Program-made: the position numbers and the translations under genes
NCBI GenBank assembly: GCA_051252335.1
Contig: JBPOFV010000001.1
Location: forward strand, 1-32,397
Length of the DNA stretch: 32,397 nucleotides
Reading direction: 5' to 3'
DNA from: Marinicella sp.
Lineage (GTDB): Bacteria > Pseudomonadota > Gammaproteobacteria > Xanthomonadales > Marinicellaceae
Notes under the pieces: generated by a model
What the model saw: only the letters and a program-made list of their open reading frames with translations
What the model was told of the DNA's origin: nothing
Database searches by the model: none
Part shown: positions 26,929 to 32,397 of the stretch, piece by piece
Numbering within the stretch: position 1 is the stretch's first letter
Layout of the letters: each line of letters starts with the position of its first letter

Positions 26929-27585
26929 TTATGTACCTGGTTGATCACCCCATAAATATTTGTGTAATTGTATTTGAAACCTGACTTTTAATTGATCCTG
27001 TAAAATCCAGTCGGCCAATATTTTTGGCGGTAAAACATCAGCTACGGGTGACATCAAAACTTGGCATTTGGCAGTGATGTTGTGTTCTGAAATCAGGTTT
27101 TTACTCCATTGGTAGTCGTTTTCATCTGCAATAACAAATTTAATTTGATCATCGGTATGCATGAAGTTTAAATTTTGATAATCGTTTTTTTCGACTTCAC
27201 CAGAGCCAGGTGCTTTCAAATCCACCACTTTGATGACTGCTGGATTGACTTGTTCAACAGACAAAGAACCGGCTGTTTCCAAGCTGACTTTATAGCCTTT
27301 ATCGATCAGCAGGTCTAATAACTTAATCACCCTTTTTTGTGCCAGTGGTTCGCCACCTGTAACGCACACATACGGGGTGTTGTATTGTTGAATGGTATTT
27401 AAGATGTCATCAAAATGCTGCCATTGGCCCCCAAAAAAAGCATATTCGGTGTCACACCAGATACAGCGCAATGGGCATCCAGTGAGCCTGACAAATACGG
27501 TGGGCAGGCCAGTAAAGGCGCTTTCGCCTTGTAAAGAATGAAAGATTTCAAAGATCTTTAATTGTTGATCACGGCTGGTGTTCAA
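26929..27585 (-). CDS. queE: 7-carboxy-7-deazaguanine synthase (radical SAM)
   Basis: EIFHSLQGE, CPLRCIWCDT, TGGEPL and QIQLHK motifs. TTG start overlaps the cpoB TGA. Confidence 0.96.
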   Translation of the reverse strand: MNTSRDQQLKIFEIFHSLQGESAFTGLPTVFVRLTGCPLRCIWCDTEYAFFGGQWQHFDDILNTIQQYNTPYVCVTGGEPLAQKRVIKLLDLLIDKGYKVSLETAGSLSVEQVNPAVIKVVDLKAPGSGEVEKNDYQNLNFMHTDDQIKFVIADENDYQWSKNLISEHNITAKCQVLMSPVADVLPPKILADWILQDQLKVRFQIQLHKYLWGDQPGT

Positions 27586-28439
27586 TTAATCTTACCTTCT
27601 CTTTTTAATAAGTTGATGCGGTTTTGTGCCAATCGTGCAACCGATTCATTGGGAAAGGAATTAACCACTTTATTCAAAGCATCTTGAGCTTGTTGGTAAT
27701 CTTCCAGTTCATGGTAGGTATAGCCAATTTTCAACAACGAATCAGCCAGCTTGCTGCTTAACGGAAATCGCTGTTCTAAAGACTGAAATGCAGACAATGC
27801 CAATGGGTAATTGCGGGTGACATAATAACTTTCACCCAACCAATAATATGAATTATCCGTTAAATCATGATTGGGGTGTTGTTGAATAAAATCTTCAAAC
27901 AAACGGGCAGATTCATTAAAACGTCCAGCTTTTAACTGGCTGAATGCAGCTTGATAGGCTTGGTCAATGGCCGGATCAGTTGTGGTGGTCTCAGCATTGA
28001 AACTGGCATTGTTCATGGTGTTGGTTGAAAGCTGTGCATCAACCGATTCGCGCACCACTGGTTCTGCAATCGTGACAGTTTGGGTTTGAGCAGTCTGGTC
28101 ATTGATGGCACTGTCAACCACCAACTCATTATTGCTACTGGTCTGAGATAAACCTGTTTTTTCAATTTCTGCCAGTCTTGAATCGATATCAACATACAAG
28201 ACTTTTTGGCGGTCTTTCAGTTCACTGATTTGAAAGTTCTGTTCTTCAATGATGCCTTGTAATTCAGACATTTGAGTTTGAAGTTGTTGAATTTGTATCA
28301 CCAAGTCGGTGACGTTATTATTGCCTTGAGAACCACTTTGTTGTTCCAGTTTCAGCAAACGTTCTTGAATAGACATTTTTTGTGCCAGTGACACTTGGCT
28401 GATTAACAACAGTAAACATGTGAATTTTAAAAATTTCAT
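27582..28439 (-). CDS. cpoB: Tol-Pal system protein CpoB (YbgF)
   Basis: Signal peptide, coiled coil 'QIQQLQTQMSELQGIIEEQ..LYVDIDSRL', TPR motif 'YYWLGESYY..SLLKIG'. ATG at 28439 with SD GGAGG. Confidence 0.93.
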   Translation of the reverse strand: MKFLKFTCLLLLISQVSLAQKMSIQERLLKLEQQSGSQGNNNVTDLVIQIQQLQTQMSELQGIIEEQNFQISELKDRQKVLYVDIDSRLAEIEKTGLSQTSSNNELVVDSAINDQTAQTQTVTIAEPVVRESVDAQLSTNTMNNASFNAETTTTDPAIDQAYQAAFSQLKAGRFNESARLFEDFIQQHPNHDLTDNSYYWLGESYYVTRNYPLALSAFQSLEQRFPLSSKLADSLLKIGYTYHELEDYQQAQDALNKVVNSFPNESVARLAQNRINLLKREGKIN

Positions 28440-28467
28440 AAGTACCTCCAGAAATAAATTTTGGCAT

Positions 28468-28494
28468 AAAAAAACCCGACTAGGCCGGGTTTTT
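28468..28494 (-). terminator. Intrinsic terminator between pal and cpoB
   Basis: Minus strand reads AAAAACCCGGC-CTA-GTCGGGTTTTTTT. Confidence 0.8.
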
Positions 28495-28529
28495 GACAAT
28501 TAAACAGTGTTAAAGTTTATTTAACCCAT

Positions 28530-29051
28530 TTATTTGGCTGTGTATACAATCACAGCACGTCTATTTTGTGACCAACATGAGTCATTGCTACATGTGGCTT
28601 CAGGTCTTTCTTCACCATAGCTGACCACAGTAGATTGGCCAGAAGCGCGCATCAAGTCTGCCACAGCATTACCACGTTTCTCACCCAGGGCCAAGTTGTA
28701 CTCTCTTGATCCACGTTCATCAGCATGCCCTTCAATGGTCATACGAGCCGATGGGTTTTCTTGTAAATATCTGGCATGCAAAGCCAAAATTTCACGGTAC
28801 TCTGATGCAATGGTTGCTTGATCATAATCAAAGTAAATCACGCGTTTTGATAACAAGCTTGCTGGGTCATCTAAATCAGCTGGGTTACAGCAAATCAAAC
28901 CATCTGTTCGTACAGGTGTGGTATCAACAACAGGTGTGTTATCAGTATTGTTACCGTCATCAGTAACTGCAGGTTTTACTTCATCTTTTTTACACGCTGT
29001 CATCGCCATTGCGAAGATCAGCACCAAAGCTATTTGTGTTATTTTTTTCAT
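28530..29051 (-). CDS. pal: Peptidoglycan-associated lipoprotein Pal
   Basis: Lipobox MTA-C; IYFDYD, IEGHADERGSREYNLALGEKR, SYGEERP and NRRA motifs. ATG at 29051 with SD GGAG. Confidence 0.96.
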   Translation of the reverse strand: MKKITQIALVLIFAMAMTACKKDEVKPAVTDDGNNTDNTPVVDTTPVRTDGLICCNPADLDDPASLLSKRVIYFDYDQATIASEYREILALHARYLQENPSARMTIEGHADERGSREYNLALGEKRGNAVADLMRASGQSTVVSYGEERPEATCSNDSCWSQNRRAVIVYTAK

Positions 29052-29323
29052 AGTCACTCCAAGGCGGTTTTTGTGAAATATCATTCAACAACGTAGTTTA
29101 CAACAAATGTAATTCAATTGAATGGTTTTTTAAATAATAATTGTCAGCCTGTCAGTATATCCTTAAGTTTTTGTTATTTATTGTGAATTGGACCCAAATT
29201 TTCAACAATAATGACACATAATCTACTTAGTAAACAGTTGGATAGAGTCATTTTCAAGCCAGTACCTCAATCAAGTTGGGTTCAATTGGTATCATTTTCT
29301 GGCCCAATGAACATCATATAAAC

Positions 29324-29878
29324 TTATGATTTAACTCTAATAGGTCCTTGTTTTTCAGGAATTTTACCTTTGACATTTTCAAAAAAGGCTTTGATGATTT
29401 TCATATCGGCTTGAATGTCACCTGTGGGCATAAAGGCATGGCCCAATTTGACCATTTTATTACCGAAATCCAATGTGCCCATGGCTATAGGGACACCTGC
29501 TTTTAAGGCTATGTGATAAAAGCCAGATTTCCAATACTCTAGGTAGGACCTCGTGCCTTCTGGGGACATGGCTAGAATCATGTGATCCCGTTGTTTGAAC
29601 TGCTCAACCATTTGGTCCACCATATTGAGTTTTTGTTTGCGGTAAACTGGGATGCCACCCAAGGCGCGAAAGAACCAACCAAATGGCGAATTAAATAAGG
29701 CGCCTTTGCCCAAATAGTTCAATTTAATTTTTTGCGAGAACTTGGCCAACAAACCCAATGGGAAATCCCAATTGCTGGTGTGTGGTGCAGCAATCAAGAC
29801 ATATTTTTTTTCATCAGGCAGCTCGTTGACTACTTTCCAGCCGAGAATTTTCAGTATGAATTTAGCGATCCAAGACAT
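29324..29878 (-). CDS. Lysophospholipid acyltransferase family protein (PlsC-like)
   Basis: PHTSNWD (HX4D), GGIPVYR, PEGTR and WKSGFY motifs. Confidence 0.9.
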   Translation of the reverse strand: MSWIAKFILKILGWKVVNELPDEKKYVLIAAPHTSNWDFPLGLLAKFSQKIKLNYLGKGALFNSPFGWFFRALGGIPVYRKQKLNMVDQMVEQFKQRDHMILAMSPEGTRSYLEYWKSGFYHIALKAGVPIAMGTLDFGNKMVKLGHAFMPTGDIQADMKIIKAFFENVKGKIPEKQGPIRVKS

Positions 29879-29880
29879 GC

Positions 29881-31929
29881 TTATTCCTCAAAAGGCTCAG
29901 TATTTGAAGCCACCATGGTTAATATGTCATAGGCAGCGACCACTTCATTTTCTTGGTTACTGGCTTGCAAATCCCATCTGACTTCACCGTAGCCTTTACC
30001 TCGACGGTATGATTTTTGTTTACATGTCAGTTGGATGGTGATTTCGTCGCCTGGATAGACAGGTTCGGTGAAACGCAGGTCATCCAAGCCATAATTGGCC
30101 AACACGGGACCTTCTTCAGGATAGACAAATAAGCCGGCAGCCATCGACACCAAAAAGTAACCATGAGCCACGCGACCATCGAAAAATGGGTTTCGAGCAG
30201 CGGCTTCTTCGTCCATGTGAGCATAAAAATGATCACCAGATAAGGCGGCAAAATTTTCTATGTCTTCTAATGTGATGACTCGACTTTCAGTGGTGATCGA
30301 TTGACCCACGGCTAATTCTTCATAATGTAATTTGAAAGGGTGGGTTGGGGGTTCGATGGTTTTGGCCTTAGGCATGTATTTTTCAGTCAGTTTCATCAAA
30401 GTGGTTGGAGACCCTTGAATTGCGGTTCTTTGCATGTAATGTTTAACGCCTCGTATGCCGCCCATTTCTTCGCCGCCGCCTGCACGTCCTGGCCCGCCAT
30501 GAACCAAATGTGGTAAGGGAGATCCGTGACCTGACGATTCGCCTGCCGAATCACGATTAATTAACACCATTCGACCATGAAAACATGCGGTCTGATTGAC
30601 CAGTTCGCACACAGCATCATCATCGTATCCAAATATAGACCCAACCAAAGACCCTTGTCCCAGGTTAGCCAATTGAGCGGCTTCTGCCAATGACCTATAA
30701 GGCATCAAAGTAGAGACTGGACCAAAAGCTTCCACATCATGAGCGATGTGATTTTCCAATGGGTTGTTGTTCAACAACAAAACTGGCGAAATGAAAGCAC
30801 CTTCTTGATCATTGGCACCAACCACATCGACTTGATCTGGATTGCCAAATAACAAATCACAACTTTTTCTGAGTTCTGCCACCCGTTCTCTGACTTCAGT
30901 TTGTTGTGCATGGCTGGCCAAAGAACCCATTTGGACGCCAGCTTGTGCTGGATCACCAATCACGACCTTTGACAATTCATCATGAATGGCTGCAGAGACT
31001 GCGCCTGTTAGTGCTGTAGGTACTATGGCGCGTCTGATGGCAGTACATTTTTGCCCTGATTTAACGGTCATTTCTTTTACAACTTCCTTGACAAACAATT
31101 CAAATTCCGGGGTGTCAGGAGTGGCATCAGGGGTAAGTATGGAGCAATTCAATGAGTCAGCTTCCATGGTAAATCTGACTGCATTTTGTGTGATGTTGGG
31201 TTTGGATTTGAGGTATTGGCCGGTGGTTGCAGACCCGGTGAAAGCCACCACATCTTGACAAGTTAACAGGTCCAATAAGTTACCCGTAGAGCCACATATT
31301 AATTGCACTGACCCAGCTGGCAAAATGCCAGAATCTATCATGGCCTGGAACATCAATTCAGTTAAATATGCCGTATCAGAAGCGGGTTTTACGATGGCTG
31401 GAACGCCGGCTAATAAGCTGGGTGCAAGTTTTTCTAACATGCCCCAACAAGGGAAGTTAAAGGCATTGATGTGAATCGCTACACCTTGTAAGGAGGTGCA
31501 AATGTGTTGCGCTAAAAAACTGCCATTTTTTGAGATGTGTTCAGGTGCACCATCCAGTAAGATATGATGATCAGGCATTTCTCGACGTCCCTTGCCAGAA
31601 TAGACAAACAAAGTTCCTATTCCACCATCGATATCAATCCAAGAATCCAATTTTGTGGCACCTGTGGCTGCTGATAATTGATAAAACTCTTTTTTTCGCG
31701 ACATCAAATAAAGGGCCAATTCTTTTAGCATCAGTGCCCTTTCATGAAAAGTCATCTTGGCCAAGGCAGGTTGTCCCTTTGATTTGGCATAGTCCAGCAT
31801 GTCAGAAAAATTCAATCCGGCGCTGGAGATTTGTGAGATGATTTGGCCATTGATGGCATGATGGCAATTTTTAAAGCCTTCATTGGCTGTATGCCATTGG
31901 CCTTGTGCGTAAGATCTGAGTTTATTCAT
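29881..31929 (-). CDS. paaZ: Bifunctional oxepin-CoA hydrolase / 3-oxo-5,6-dehydrosuberyl-CoA semialdehyde dehydrogenase
   Basis: ALDH part HINAFNFPCWG, FTGS, MEADSLN, GQKCTAIRR, EAFGPV, HGGPGRAGGGEE, followed by a MaoC domain SGDHFYAH..AHGY..NYG. Confidence 0.95.
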   Translation of the reverse strand: MNKLRSYAQGQWHTANEGFKNCHHAINGQIISQISSAGLNFSDMLDYAKSKGQPALAKMTFHERALMLKELALYLMSRKKEFYQLSAATGATKLDSWIDIDGGIGTLFVYSGKGRREMPDHHILLDGAPEHISKNGSFLAQHICTSLQGVAIHINAFNFPCWGMLEKLAPSLLAGVPAIVKPASDTAYLTELMFQAMIDSGILPAGSVQLICGSTGNLLDLLTCQDVVAFTGSATTGQYLKSKPNITQNAVRFTMEADSLNCSILTPDATPDTPEFELFVKEVVKEMTVKSGQKCTAIRRAIVPTALTGAVSAAIHDELSKVVIGDPAQAGVQMGSLASHAQQTEVRERVAELRKSCDLLFGNPDQVDVVGANDQEGAFISPVLLLNNNPLENHIAHDVEAFGPVSTLMPYRSLAEAAQLANLGQGSLVGSIFGYDDDAVCELVNQTACFHGRMVLINRDSAGESSGHGSPLPHLVHGGPGRAGGGEEMGGIRGVKHYMQRTAIQGSPTTLMKLTEKYMPKAKTIEPPTHPFKLHYEELAVGQSITTESRVITLEDIENFAALSGDHFYAHMDEEAAARNPFFDGRVAHGYFLVSMAAGLFVYPEEGPVLANYGLDDLRFTEPVYPGDEITIQLTCKQKSYRRGKGYGEVRWDLQASNQENEVVAAYDILTMVASNTEPFEE

Positions 31930-32202
31930 GTCATTTAATTGTACTTATGTAGATGGCAGCATGTTGTCAATATGGGCTGGTTTGAGCAGCCATTTAAAAT
32001 AATGTTTGGTGCTTGAAAAATGATCCATATTGCATCGTAGCTTGGATCACAAATTGATGGATTTTTAGCATCGGAAGATTATAACATGCAGCTTGGCTTG
32101 TTGGGTTTAGAAATCTTTCTGCTTTTAAGTTAGAATAGCTAACAATCAAATTCTAACATGTAACCTTTCAGGCTAAGACCAACCTTTTCAAATAGGCATC
32201 AG

Positions 32203-32397
32203 ATGACTGCAATTTACGGCACTAAACATTCAGCCCAAAGTAACAACATGAGCACAGTTATTAGCTGTTTAATTATGCTGCTTATTGGAACCGCCACCCT
32301 GTTGCAGGCAGAAATTAAGCCTGTCCATCAAAAATTTGTCAACATGCCGACTTATGCTATTGTTGAAGGTTTTGCAGGCAATAAAATCACCAAGTGT
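32203..32397 (+). CDS. 5' fragment of a probable exported or membrane sensor protein (truncated by the window end)
   Basis: Open frame from ATG 32203 (or 32248) to the end: ...MSTVISCLIMLLIGTATLLQA|EIKP...VEGFAGNKITKC. Signal-peptide-like; 'EGFAGNKIT' faintly recalls the start of a regulatory-propeller blade. Confidence 0.5.
   Translation, partial: MTAIYGTKHSAQSNNMSTVISCLIMLLIGTATLLQAEIKPVHQKFVNMPTYAIVEGFAGNKITKC

Noticed and set aside
26206-27585. queC/queE as part of a deazaguanine DNA-modification (dpd) or QatABCD defence system
   Set aside because: They sit in the canonical housekeeping position after pal-cpoB, with no dpdA/tgt-like, ATPase or TatD neighbours.
28440-28499. N-terminal extension of cpoB (likewise those of pal, nhaB and rpmE2)
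   Set aside because: The cpoB extension runs through a terminator hairpin. In each gene a downstream ATG has a better SD and a family-typical or signal-peptide N-terminus.
29140-29172. TGTCAG direct repeat and a sigmaE-like AAACTT-N16-GCTGA upstream of pal
   Set aside because: Short and mismatched in both boxes within AT-rich DNA; not distinguishable from chance without comparative data.
1686-31841. Numerous 60-114-aa ORFs nested in or antisense to the assigned genes
   Set aside because: No motifs, and all overlap well-supported genes; expected shadow ORFs.
1-32397. CRISPR arrays, tRNA/rRNA genes, IS elements, integrase, prophage
   Set aside because: None seen: intergenic gaps are short, with no spaced repeats or cloverleaf motifs, and there are no mobile-element proteins. 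This was a by-eye check only.

Overview
This is a moderately AT-rich, mostly housekeeping chromosomal segment of a gammaproteobacterium. The gene neighbourhoods (DUF6776-bactofilin-erpA-nudC, type-B L31 next to gltA, GCS2-type gshA, pal-cpoB-queE-queC) resemble Xanthomonadales-related marine lineages such as Marinicella; this taxonomic placement is inference only. Gene order: 5' part of glyA, hemJ, DUF6776-like/bactofilin/erpA/nudC, mutM, a MASE1-PAS-GGDEF-EAL protein, rep, an orphan lipoprotein, an ECF sigma/anti-sigma/DUF4252 operon, rpmE2, gltA-rsmJ, a basic HTH (DUF6502-like) protein, an orphan OppA-like protein, gshA, a 1497-aa secreted multidomain protein, nhaB, a YeiH-family exporter, MOSC/queC/queE/cpoB/pal, an acyltransferase, paaZ and the 5' end of a secreted protein. 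I saw no rRNA, tRNA, CRISPR, transposase or prophage. The most unusual element is the 1497-aa protein: an Asp-box beta-propeller with a PA domain inserted and no recognisable peptidase motif, ending in a duplicated 'GxW..DG.G / YD..G...W' module. Other leads are the ECF/DUF4252 module with a visible TGTAAC-N16-CGTC autoregulatory promoter, the DUF6502-like orphan, pal detached from tolB, a palindrome-rich nhaB leader, and several leaderless or SD-less starts. All domain calls come from motif recognition by eye; no searches were run.
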